Assembly: GCA_040389905.1 (NCBI GenBank)
Contig: JAZJZK010000007.1
Coordinates: 127,482-191,481, forward strand
DNA: 64,000 nt
Direction of reading: 5' to 3'
From: Gemmatimonadota bacterium
Lineage (GTDB): Bacteria; Gemmatimonadota; Gemmatimonadetes; Gemmatimonadales; Gemmatimonadaceae
Shown here: positions 9,207 through 17,810 of the stretch, piece by piece
How the letters are laid out: each line of letters opens with the position of its first letter
Numbering within the stretch: the first letter of the stretch is position 1
Program-made: the position numbers and the translations under genes
The notes under the pieces: generated by a model
What the model saw: only the letters and a program-made list of their open reading frames with translations
The model's database searches: none
Told to the model about the DNA's origin: nothing

Positions 9207-9237
9207 CCCCTAATCGACCCCTAATCGCCCCTAATCG
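9207..9237. repeat. Tandem repeat (CCCCTAATCG)x3
   Basis: Copies at 9207, 9218, 9228. Confidence 0.85.
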
Positions 9238-9371
9238 CCATCTGGGAAGGCTCCGGCTCAAAACACTTGGTTCGAGCGTTGCCGCAATACGATCGATGGC
9301 TCTCTTTGGCGTCGATGCCAGTCAGGATACCGGGTCAGAGTACGTCGTACGTATGTGGTTGTACGATGTAC

Positions 9372-10559
9372 TTAAATACGTCTCTCAGCCCATCGCCGCC
9401 TGTCCGCTATCAGCAACGGAATCATCACCACGTACAGCATTGCGCCAAGTATCCAGACGGCCCCGATCCACCGAGCGCGCGTGTACGTGTAGACAAACGT
9501 CCCCACGAGCGGCCCCACAATCGCCGTGAGGCTCATCAGGCTGGCGAGCACCCCTTGCAGTTCACCCTGCCGAGCCTCGCCGACCTCACGCGACATCATC
9601 GCCTGAAGCGCCGGTATCGCGACGCCACTCAACGCGAAGAGCGGCGAGATTGCGAACGCCACCCAACCCTGCGTCGCCAGCGCGAGCAGGATGAAGGCCA
9701 CCACATCGGAACAGATCCCGATGATGATCGTGCGAACCTCTCCAACGCGCGCGATCAGTGGTCCTGTGAGCAACCCTTGCGACCCTGCGTGCCAGATGCC
9801 GAACGACGCGAGCGACAAGCCGACCATCAGTCCGTTCCACTGGAACTTGTCCTGGCCGTACAGCACCCAGACCGTTCCCGGAATGTTGCCGATCAGCCCG
9901 AACAGCGTGAATACGCCGAGGAGCGGCAGGATGATCGAGAGTCCGAACGCCCAGCGCATTGGGGCAAGGGGATTGAGCGTCGCGAGCTGGAAACGCTCGA
10001 CTGATCTGGCGCGTGATTCCGGAAGGAGAAAGAAGGTGAGGGCGAGTGTGGCGCCGTTGAGTGCGGCCGCCAGCACGAAGGGCGCGCGGAGGTGCAGGTC
10101 GCCAAGCACGCCGCCGATTACCGGTCCGACAATGAAGCCGACGCCGAACGCAGCGCTCATCCATCCGAAGCGTTTCGCTCGCTCGTCCTCGGCGGTGATG
10201 TCGGCGATGTAGGCGGTCGCGACGGCCATGTTCGCGCTTGTGAGACCGGCGATGGCGCGGCCTATCAATAAAACGGCGAAGAGCGGCGCCAATGCCATGA
10301 ATACGTAGTCCACCGTCGCGCCGGCGATCGAGACAAGCAATACGGGCCGGCGCCCGTATCGGTCGCTTAGTGCGCCCAGAACCGGCGAGAAGACGAACTG
10401 CATGAACGCATAGAGCGATAACATCACGCCGTACAGCAACGAGATGTCGCTCGAGCCCGTGATCTCCCTCAGCAACCCGGGAAGGATCGGGAAGATCAAT
10501 CCGATGCCGACCGCATCGAGCGTGATGATCGAGAGAATGACGACGAGCTGCCGGTTCAT
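9372..10559 (-). CDS. TetA-like (TCR/DHA1) MFS efflux pump
   Basis: LDAVGIGLIFPILPGLL, GALSDRYGRRPVLL, AYIADIT, QGELQG; 395 aa, about 12 TM. Confidence 0.9.
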   Translation of the reverse strand: MNRQLVVILSIITLDAVGIGLIFPILPGLLREITGSSDISLLYGVMLSLYAFMQFVFSPVLGALSDRYGRRPVLLVSIAGATVDYVFMALAPLFAVLLIGRAIAGLTSANMAVATAYIADITAEDERAKRFGWMSAAFGVGFIVGPVIGGVLGDLHLRAPFVLAAALNGATLALTFFLLPESRARSVERFQLATLNPLAPMRWAFGLSIILPLLGVFTLFGLIGNIPGTVWVLYGQDKFQWNGLMVGLSLASFGIWHAGSQGLLTGPLIARVGEVRTIIIGICSDVVAFILLALATQGWVAFAISPLFALSGVAIPALQAMMSREVGEARQGELQGVLASLMSLTAIVGPLVGTFVYTYTRARWIGAVWILGAMLYVVMIPLLIADRRRWAERRI

Positions 10560-10796
10560 GGATTCGTGCGAGGGGGGACGACCGCGGACCGGATCCGTGC
10601 GCTTGACGCCGTCGGCCGATTGAGACATCATACTGTCGGCGGCGATCAACGCCCAACCTCTATGACTCCGCCCCAGCTGGAGTCCTGTGCGAGGCAAAGG
10701 GGGGTAGACCTTCTGATCAGTATCGTCGGTCCTTTGCGCCATCACGGGCGCGCTGCTGGGGAGTGGCCCGTGGTGCATCCAAAGGAGACATTGACG

Positions 10797-11495
10797 ATGA
10801 CACGCCAGAAAGACTTGAAGCGCCTCGTTCGCGCTCGCATGCAGAAGACGGGTGAAGCCTATACCGCCGCCCGCGCCAATATCATCAAGAAGCCCATCAC
10901 GCTCGCCGCCGCGGCAGCCGCAGCCGTCCCAGAACCGGCCGTCGACTACGCGAAAGTTGCCGGCATGAGCGATGCCGTCATCGCGGAGAAGACCGGGTGT
11001 TCATGGGAGCGTTGGACCTATGCGCTCGATCGCCACAAAGCGTACGAGCTCTCGCACGCCGACATCGCAAAGCTCGTCAAGGAGAAGTACAAGACGGATT
11101 CGTGGTGGACCCAGACCGTCACCGTTGGTTACGAGCGGATCAAGGGGCTGCGCACGAAGGGGCAGCAACGCAACGGCACCTTCGGCATGACCAAGTCGCG
11201 CACGTTCAACGTGCCGGTGGATGTGTTGTTCGAGGCGTGGAAGAATCCGCGCGCGCGCAAGCGCTGGCTCGATGGTGAGCGCGTTCGCGTGCGCACATCG
11301 ATACCAAACAAGTCGATGCGGCTCGACTGGACCGATGGCGCGATCGTCGCCGTCGGCTTCCTCGCGAAGGGCGACGGCAAGAGCGCGGTCGCGCTCGAGC
11401 ACAGCAAACTGCCCGACAAGGAGACGGCCGACCGCCTCAAGCAGTACTGGTCCGAGCGCCTCGACGCGCTCGGCGCGGAGCTACAGCGAGAATAG
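10797..11495 (+). CDS. SRPBCC/Aha1-like protein with a basic N-terminal module
   Basis: AAAGGAGA RBS; MTRQKDLKRLVRARMQKTGEAYTAAR N-terminus; WWTQTVTVGYERIKG; LFEAW...LEHSKL...YWSERL. Confidence 0.75.
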   Translation: MTRQKDLKRLVRARMQKTGEAYTAARANIIKKPITLAAAAAAAVPEPAVDYAKVAGMSDAVIAEKTGCSWERWTYALDRHKAYELSHADIAKLVKEKYKTDSWWTQTVTVGYERIKGLRTKGQQRNGTFGMTKSRTFNVPVDVLFEAWKNPRARKRWLDGERVRVRTSIPNKSMRLDWTDGAIVAVGFLAKGDGKSAVALEHSKLPDKETADRLKQYWSERLDALGAELQRE

Positions 11496-11525
11496 CGGCC
11501 ATCCTGAACGCTCCGCCTGTAAACA

Positions 11526-11619
11526 CGGATGTCACCCCGAGCGAGCAAAGCGAGTCGAGGGGTCTGCACCTCAACCCCAGACTGAACGTGCAGATCCCTC
11601 GACGTCGCTCGGGATGACA
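11526..11619. repeat. Palindromic repeat family C, copy 1
   Basis: gtcaccccgagcga...tcgctcgggatgac; near-identical copy at 51234-51327. Confidence 0.9.
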
Positions 11620-11654
11620 GCCACTTCCTGTTGCGCGCAACCCCTCTGCTCCTC

Positions 11655-12755
11655 ATGAACCTTCCTATCAATCCGCCCCTTCTCCCGATGCTCGCCAAGC
11701 GCGCTGGCGAGCTTCCCGAGGGGGACTCCTGGATCTTCGAACCCAAGTGGGATGGGTTCCGCACCCTCGTCTTTCGCGACGGCAACGAGATCTTCATCCA
11801 GAGCCGAGACGAGAAACCGCTCAACCGGTACTTCCCGGAATTGGCGGACGTTTTGCTCGAGCAGTTGCCTGATCGCTGCGTCCTGGATGGAGAGATCGTC
11901 ATTGCCGGCCAGCACGGACTGGAGTTCGAATCGTTGCAGCTTCGTCTGCATCCCGCGGAATCGCGCGTGCGAAAGCTCGCGGAAGCGATGCCGTCGTCTG
12001 TGGTGTTCTTCGACGTCTTGTGCATCGGTGATCGCGACCTGCGCGCGCTGCCGTTCGCGGAACGACGCGCCGAGTTGGAAGCGCTGCTGAACAGGGCGAC
12101 GGCACCGGTGCATATCACGCCGGCGACGCGCAACCGCGATATCGCCGCCGACTGGTTCCGCCGATTCGAAGGCGCGGGGCTCGATGGCGTGATTGCCAAG
12201 GGAGAAACGAGCAGCTACGAGCCGAACAAGCGCGTCATGGTCAAGGTGAAACATGAGCGCGATTGTGACTGCGTCGTCGCTGGCTTCCGTTGGCACAAGC
12301 GTGGGGACCGCGACGCCGTCGGCTCGTTGCTCCTGGGCCTCTTCGATGACTCCGGAGCACTTCATCACGTTGGCGTGTGCGCGAGCTTCACCGATGCGAA
12401 GCGGAAGGAGCTCGTCACCCTCCTCGAGCCGTTCCGTGTCGACGCCCTCGTCAACCATCCATGGCGCGAATGGGCCGCGCATCAGACGGATGACACAGGT
12501 GCGCAGCGAAAGCCCGGCGGCGGAAGCCGGTGGAGCCAAGGGAAGGACCTGTCGTGGGAGCCCTTGCGCCCGGAACTCGTCGTCGAGGTGGCCTATGACC
12601 ACATGCAGGGCGCGCGCTTTCGTCACACGGCGCAATTCCGCCGGTGGCGCAGCGACAAACGCCCAGTGGACTGCACGTTCGCGCAGCTCGAAGTTGTTCC
12701 GCCGCAGGAGTTGATGGCTATCTTCGCCGGTACATCTCGCGCCACACGCGCGTAG
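11655..12755 (+). CDS. ligC: ATP-dependent DNA ligase, LigC type
   Basis: PMLAK, EPKWDGFR, LDGEIV, FFDVL, LDGVIAK, KVKH, EVAYDH, RFRH, RSDK. Confidence 0.9.
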   Translation: MNLPINPPLLPMLAKRAGELPEGDSWIFEPKWDGFRTLVFRDGNEIFIQSRDEKPLNRYFPELADVLLEQLPDRCVLDGEIVIAGQHGLEFESLQLRLHPAESRVRKLAEAMPSSVVFFDVLCIGDRDLRALPFAERRAELEALLNRATAPVHITPATRNRDIAADWFRRFEGAGLDGVIAKGETSSYEPNKRVMVKVKHERDCDCVVAGFRWHKRGDRDAVGSLLLGLFDDSGALHHVGVCASFTDAKRKELVTLLEPFRVDALVNHPWREWAAHQTDDTGAQRKPGGGSRWSQGKDLSWEPLRPELVVEVAYDHMQGARFRHTAQFRRWRSDKRPVDCTFAQLEVVPPQELMAIFAGTSRATRA

Positions 12756-14028
12756 GATCGTCGTCTGGATCGGGCGTCACCTGCGGTGGCCGAATCGCTT
12801 CGGGCACGGCTCGAAGATTCACTCGAATGCGCGTCCACGTCGACGAGCGGCCGCGCATCGAATCGACGAGTACGTCGTCAACGGCGAGATGGGACGCGAC
12901 GTCGGGATACCGCGCCTTCCATCGTTCGAGCCCAGCGAGCGCGGCGGACTTGTCAGGCGAGTTCGCGACGACGATGAGCGGCATCTTGGCGCGCGGAGCA
13001 CGTTTGCCCGCCGTTGTCTTCGCCGCGCCCTTCGCACGCGACGGTGCCACGCGGGGCGCTTCTCCATCCATTTTGCGAAAGTGCGGCGGCCAGGGCGCGT
13101 CGCTGATCCCCGCCGCTTCATCGCGATCCGCGAGCGCGAGCAGCGCGTCGAGCGATCCAACCGAGCCATCCATCGCAGCGTGCGGATCTCCAATGTCCGC
13201 GAAGCGCGCGGGCATAGAGAGGACTGTAAAGTCCGCCGGGTCGCAGAGCGGGACTTCCGCCCACGCTAGCGGTGCGGACACACGCGCATCGGGGAGCGGC
13301 CGAATAGAGTAGGCCGACGCCGTCGTTCGATCCTTCGCGTTCTGATTGTAGTCGAGGAAAACGCCCTTACGCTCTTCCTTCCACCACTTCGATGTCGCGA
13401 GCGAGGGAATGCGTCGCTCGATCTCTCGCGAGAATGCCAGTGCCGCGCGCCGCACCTCGGTGAACGTCCACCGCTGCTCGATGCGCACGTTGACGTGCAT
13501 GCCGCGCGAGCCACTGGTCTTGGGCCACCCGCGGAGCCCGAGCTCCGTGAGCAATGCATTGGCTTCCATTGCAACCGTACGAACGTCCACCCACTCGACG
13601 CCCGGGCCCGGATCGAGATCAATGCGCAGCTCGTCGGGATGATCGAGATCGCTGGCGCGAACGGCGTGCGGATGGAGCTCGATGCAACCCAGGTTCACGA
13701 CCCACGCGAGTCCTGCCGCATCGTCGACGACGATTTCTTCGGCGGTGCGCCCGGAAGGGAATGACAGTGTCACGGTGCGCAGCCAGGCCGGTCGCTTGTC
13801 CGGCGCGCGCTTCTGATAGAAGGGCTCTGCTTCCGGGCCGTTGACGAAGCGCTTGAGCACGATCGGCCGGTCGCGGATTCCATTGATCGCACCGGCCGCC
13901 ACCGTCATGTAGTAGTGCACGATGTCGAGCTTCGAGAGCTGCACGCCTTTGGTGAAATACGGCTTGTCCGGATGCGTGATATCGACGTCGCGATCGTCAA
14001 AAGTCAGGCGGTGTGGTTTGTCGGACAT
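12718..14028 (-). CDS. LigD-type polymerase domain protein (AEP, Prim-PolC-like) with C-terminal extension
   Basis: THPDK, KRFVNG, FYQKR, DELRIDLDP, KTSGSRGMH, FLDYNQN, AYSIRP, VSAPL. Confidence 0.9.
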   Translation of the reverse strand: MSDKPHRLTFDDRDVDITHPDKPYFTKGVQLSKLDIVHYYMTVAAGAINGIRDRPIVLKRFVNGPEAEPFYQKRAPDKRPAWLRTVTLSFPSGRTAEEIVVDDAAGLAWVVNLGCIELHPHAVRASDLDHPDELRIDLDPGPGVEWVDVRTVAMEANALLTELGLRGWPKTSGSRGMHVNVRIEQRWTFTEVRRAALAFSREIERRIPSLATSKWWKEERKGVFLDYNQNAKDRTTASAYSIRPLPDARVSAPLAWAEVPLCDPADFTVLSMPARFADIGDPHAAMDGSVGSLDALLALADRDEAAGISDAPWPPHFRKMDGEAPRVAPSRAKGAAKTTAGKRAPRAKMPLIVVANSPDKSAALAGLERWKARYPDVASHLAVDDVLVDSMRGRSSTWTRIRVNLRAVPEAIRPPQVTPDPDDDPTRVWREMYRRR

Positions 14029-14177
14029 GGGAGGGGAATCTCATCAGAGGCGACAATCTCGCAATGGCGTGACGTCGTTGCACGAGGTGCACGCTCGATT
14101 TGTCGTCCTGCGCGAAGCGAAGGGCCCGCACCGGCCTTTCAGGTCTCCGCGTCACGCACACAAGTGGCGTCATCTTC

Positions 14178-14374
14178 CCGCAGAGGACGCAGAGGACGCA
14201 GAGGAGCAGAGGTACGCAGAGGAAAGCAAAAGCATTGTGAGCTGCTGTATCCCGCTCGTTTTGTCGCCTGCCTGCCCTCGAGGAGCGCAAGCGACGAAGC
14301 GAGCGAAGCGAAGGGCCTGCACCTGCTGTTTCGCATTCCTCTGCGTGCCTCTGCTCCTCCGCGTCCTCTGCGGT
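14178..14374. repeat. REP/MITE-like element family A, copy 2
   Basis: Inverted arms 14178-14223 / 14337-14374 enclosing a family B-related unit. Confidence 0.88.
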
Positions 14375-14515
14375 TCATTGACAATGATCTCTGGCTCCAC
14401 GACGATGCGCGGCGAGGTGGGATAATACGACAATACCATACGAGCATTCTGGACAGGTGCCGCCACCAACTCCAATTTCTTCTCGATACGTACGCTGTCC
14501 CGAGCCGCTCATACC

Positions 14516-15496
14516 ATGCGATCCTTCGCCCTTTTGCTCGTCTGCACGGCCGCCTCGGTCGCCGGTGCGCAGCAGTCGTCCGCACCGTCCGCGGCACCGC
14601 AGCTCCCCCGCGACGAAATCGCAGCACTCGCCCGCCTCCAGGTTGCGATCAACACCGCGCACGATTCGGCGAACGTGCACCTCGCCCAGGCGCGCAATAC
14701 CACGACCCAGGCGCAGGCCGCATTGCGCGAGAAGCTCGACCTGCAGATCGCCGACATTCTCCATCATGCCGGCCTCACTGAGGTGGACTACCGGCGCAAG
14801 ACCTTCGTACTCAGCACCGATCCCGCCTCTCGGAAGATGTTCGACAGTGTCGTGGTCGCCGTCAGTGGTGCGCCGCTTCCGGGTACATATATCGCACCAA
14901 CCGCCGTCGCCAACGTTGCCGTGCCGGCGGGCCCCTTGGGCGTCCACATCGCACATGTGATGAACGCCTTCGGCGACACGCCGAACGGGCAGGGGCTGCT
15001 ACCGACGGCGACGGCTGAAGCGCGAATCGCCATGCAGCACGCGGCGCTCGCTGGACGCCAGCCAACGAATCTCGAGTACATGAAGACACACGCCGGACAC
15101 GTCATCAATGCCATCGACCCAACCATTGAAGCCGCGGGCCCTGGATTGAAATACGGCCTCAAGAAGGCTGCGATGGGCGTGGCCACGCATATCGAGCTCG
15201 CGGCTGCCGTGCCGGGCGCTTCGGCGAATGCGCTCAACCACGCGAAGCACGTCGCCATGGCCGCCCGCAATACCGTGAGCAGGGCGGATCAACTGCTCGC
15301 GCTTGCGCAGAAGGTGCGCGCATCGACCTCCGCGGAGGAGGCCGCGGCGCTGGTGACGCAGATGTCGGCGCTCGCAGAGCAGATCATCATCGGCGTGGAC
15401 GCGAACGCCGATGGAAAGATCAGTTGGGAACAGGGTGAGGGCGGACTACAGCAGTGCGACGAACACGTGCGGTTACTGCTCGCTGGGGAACGCTGA
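14516..15496 (+). CDS. Secreted hypothetical protein with EF-hand-like motif
   Basis: Signal peptide; DANADGKISWE near the C-terminus. Confidence 0.7.
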   Translation: MRSFALLLVCTAASVAGAQQSSAPSAAPQLPRDEIAALARLQVAINTAHDSANVHLAQARNTTTQAQAALREKLDLQIADILHHAGLTEVDYRRKTFVLSTDPASRKMFDSVVVAVSGAPLPGTYIAPTAVANVAVPAGPLGVHIAHVMNAFGDTPNGQGLLPTATAEARIAMQHAALAGRQPTNLEYMKTHAGHVINAIDPTIEAAGPGLKYGLKKAAMGVATHIELAAAVPGASANALNHAKHVAMAARNTVSRADQLLALAQKVRASTSAEEAAALVTQMSALAEQIIIGVDANADGKISWEQGEGGLQQCDEHVRLLLAGER

Positions 15497-15514
15497 GAAT
15501 TCTTACTGGGTCTG

Positions 15515-15714
15515 GCCAAAGTTCGGATCGGTGCTTGGTCGACAACGTCAGACCTTCAGACGTTCAGGTGCCCAGCCGTCAGCCACAGCCTACAGCATTT
15601 CAGGGGGTGTGGCGCTCTGGTGCATCGCACCCGTTACGCCACACCCCCTGAGAATCTGTTAGCTGTGGCTGATCACTGAGCACCTGAATTCCCTGAAATC
15701 TGAACCGCTTTGGC
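15515..15714. repeat. Long imperfect palindrome between convergent genes
   Basis: Nested stems cagggggtgtggcg/cgccacaccccctg, tcagccacagc/gctgtggctga, ttcaggtgc/gcacctgaa, gccaaag/ctttggc. Confidence 0.8.
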
Positions 15715-15719
15715 AGGAG

Positions 15720-17801
15720 TCAGCAGCCCAGGCAGCGGTGACTGTTCTTCGACCCCAGCTTCTCGAGTAGCGCGATGGTCTCCGGGAAGGGACGTAGGCG
15801 TTGCACCGGCCCGTTCGCCATATCCGCCGTCGTACGAAAGTTGAGCGACACGGCCTTCGGATCCGCGCCCTTGCTCACGAGATACAGAATCATCTCATTG
15901 TCGCCACGCGCCGCGGCGTGGTGCAGTGGCGTGTAGCCGTTCAGGTCACGCTGGTTGACGTCTGCTCCAAGCTCCTCCACCAGGTACCGCATCGCCGGCA
16001 TCCAGGCGTCCGGCGCGTGACGATGCGAGTTGCCCGCGAAGCCGTTCCCGTACCCAACGCCAGCGGCACAGTGGATCGGATAGACGCCGCTGCCCGGCTT
16101 CACCGCTTTGGCCGCGGAATCGACCTGCGCATCGATAGCCACCGGCGCCGCTCCTCCTCCACCGCCTCGTCCGCCGCCACCGCCACCGCCACCGCCACCT
16201 GCAAAGCCCCCGCCGCCGGGCGGAATTGTCCCGCGACCACCCCTTGGCGCCGCCGTTGAATCACCAGCGCCGCCGCCGCGCGGCGCGCCGGGCGCAGCCA
16301 GCCGACGCCCGCCACCGGCCGCAGGCGTCGGCCGCGCAGACGGCGTAGTGGGATCAGCGCCAGCCTTCACCAACATGCGCATCACGTCGACATCGAGCGC
16401 ATATGCCGCCCGCCAGAACGGCGTCGTGCCATCGATGTTCTCGAGACCGCAGTTCGCGTTGCCGCAATTGTTGAAGGAGAAATACCAGAACTGCGACTTG
16501 AGCCTTGCGTTCGGGTTTGCCCCCTTCGCGAGCAGGGCGGTCACCAGCTCGAGGTAGTGCGTCTTCTGATTCTGGATTTCCTGCGGTTGCGGAAAGCGCG
16601 TACGCGGCGCCCACTGGGTGTTGATCGCGGCATAGAGCGGTGTGTTGCCAGAATTGCTCGCGATGTTCACGTCCGCTCCGCGGTCGATCAGGAGCTTTGC
16701 CACATCGAACTGGCCATTGATTAAAGCGACAAGCAACGGCGTCGTGCGGTCCACGTCGCTCGTGTCGTTGATGTTGGCGCCTCCGTCGAGAAGCGCGATC
16801 GCAGCACCGGCGTGACCATCCCGCGCCGCGTGATGCAACGCCGTCAGCCCGCCGACGCCGCCCACCGACCCCACATAACCAGCGACGCCCCCGTTGATCG
16901 TGTCGACTTGCTCCGTGAACGCGCCGCGCCCAGAGGCCGTCGCCAGCACTGCGCGACCGGAATCGATTGCCGCCTGAATCTGCGCGGGCGTGAACGGTCC
17001 CTTTGGCTGCGGACCGCCACCGCGCCCACCGCGACCTCCGCGGCCGGCGGCAGCGGTATCCACGGGCGCCGCCGCACCAGGAGCCATCGCACCTGGGGCC
17101 GCGGTCTTCGTCGTGTCCTTGTGCTTCTCCGGCTCGAAGGACACGAGGACTTCATTGCGTTTGCGCGCGGCGGCCTGATCGCGCGTTCCTTCTTCCGTGA
17201 GGTTCACGAGCTTCGTATGCACATTCGCGTTGGCGCCACGCTTGAGGAGCGTCTTGATCGCGTCCACGCGATCGTAGCCCGCCGCGAAGATCAACGGGGT
17301 CTGACCCCACATCGGCTCGCGGGCGTTCACGTCCGCTCCGCGGTCGACGAGCGCGTTGATGATCACGCTGTTGCCGGCCGCGGCGGCGAGATGCAGCGAC
17401 GTGGCTCCCGATTCACTCAGGGCATTCACGTCGCTGCCGGCGCTCAGCAACGCCCTCACCACAGGCGCACTCCCAACCCGGCTCGCGATCAGCAACGGCG
17501 TATACTGACCGATACGCGTCCGTGCCTTGACGTCGGCTTTGGCCTTGATGAGAAGCTCCGTCATGGCGGAATCACCACGATCGGCGGCCCAGTGAAGTGC
17601 GGTCATGCCGTCGCCCTGCGCGACATTCACGCGCTCTCCCTGCGCGATGAGCTTACGAACGGTCGCGAGGTCGCCCTTCATCGCCGCATCGGCGACTACA
17701 GCCGCCGGTGGCGTCGCGGCCCGCACCATCGTGGCAGCGGCGAGAACCGCGGCGACCGATGCGGCAAACGCCAAGCTGCGCTTCGAATTCCTCTTGATCA
17801 C
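15720..17801 (-). CDS. Secreted ankyrin-repeat protein
   Basis: Many GxTPLH/TALHxAA repeats, signal peptide, Gly/Pro-rich linkers, C-terminal HRCLGC. Confidence 0.9.
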   Translation of the reverse strand: MIKRNSKRSLAFAASVAAVLAAATMVRAATPPAAVVADAAMKGDLATVRKLIAQGERVNVAQGDGMTALHWAADRGDSAMTELLIKAKADVKARTRIGQYTPLLIASRVGSAPVVRALLSAGSDVNALSESGATSLHLAAAAGNSVIINALVDRGADVNAREPMWGQTPLIFAAGYDRVDAIKTLLKRGANANVHTKLVNLTEEGTRDQAAARKRNEVLVSFEPEKHKDTTKTAAPGAMAPGAAAPVDTAAAGRGGRGGRGGGPQPKGPFTPAQIQAAIDSGRAVLATASGRGAFTEQVDTINGGVAGYVGSVGGVGGLTALHHAARDGHAGAAIALLDGGANINDTSDVDRTTPLLVALINGQFDVAKLLIDRGADVNIASNSGNTPLYAAINTQWAPRTRFPQPQEIQNQKTHYLELVTALLAKGANPNARLKSQFWYFSFNNCGNANCGLENIDGTTPFWRAAYALDVDVMRMLVKAGADPTTPSARPTPAAGGGRRLAAPGAPRGGGAGDSTAAPRGGRGTIPPGGGGFAGGGGGGGGGGRGGGGGAAPVAIDAQVDSAAKAVKPGSGVYPIHCAAGVGYGNGFAGNSHRHAPDAWMPAMRYLVEELGADVNQRDLNGYTPLHHAAARGDNEMILYLVSKGADPKAVSLNFRTTADMANGPVQRLRPFPETIALLEKLGSKNSHRCLGC

Positions 17802-17810
17802 GGTCTCCCT

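Noticed and set aside
8282..9261. Short ORFs downstream of rtcB
   Set aside because: Overlap the tRNAs; no protein-like features
16140..16330. (CCG/CCA)n low-complexity tract
   Set aside because: Encodes a Gly-rich linker of the ankyrin protein
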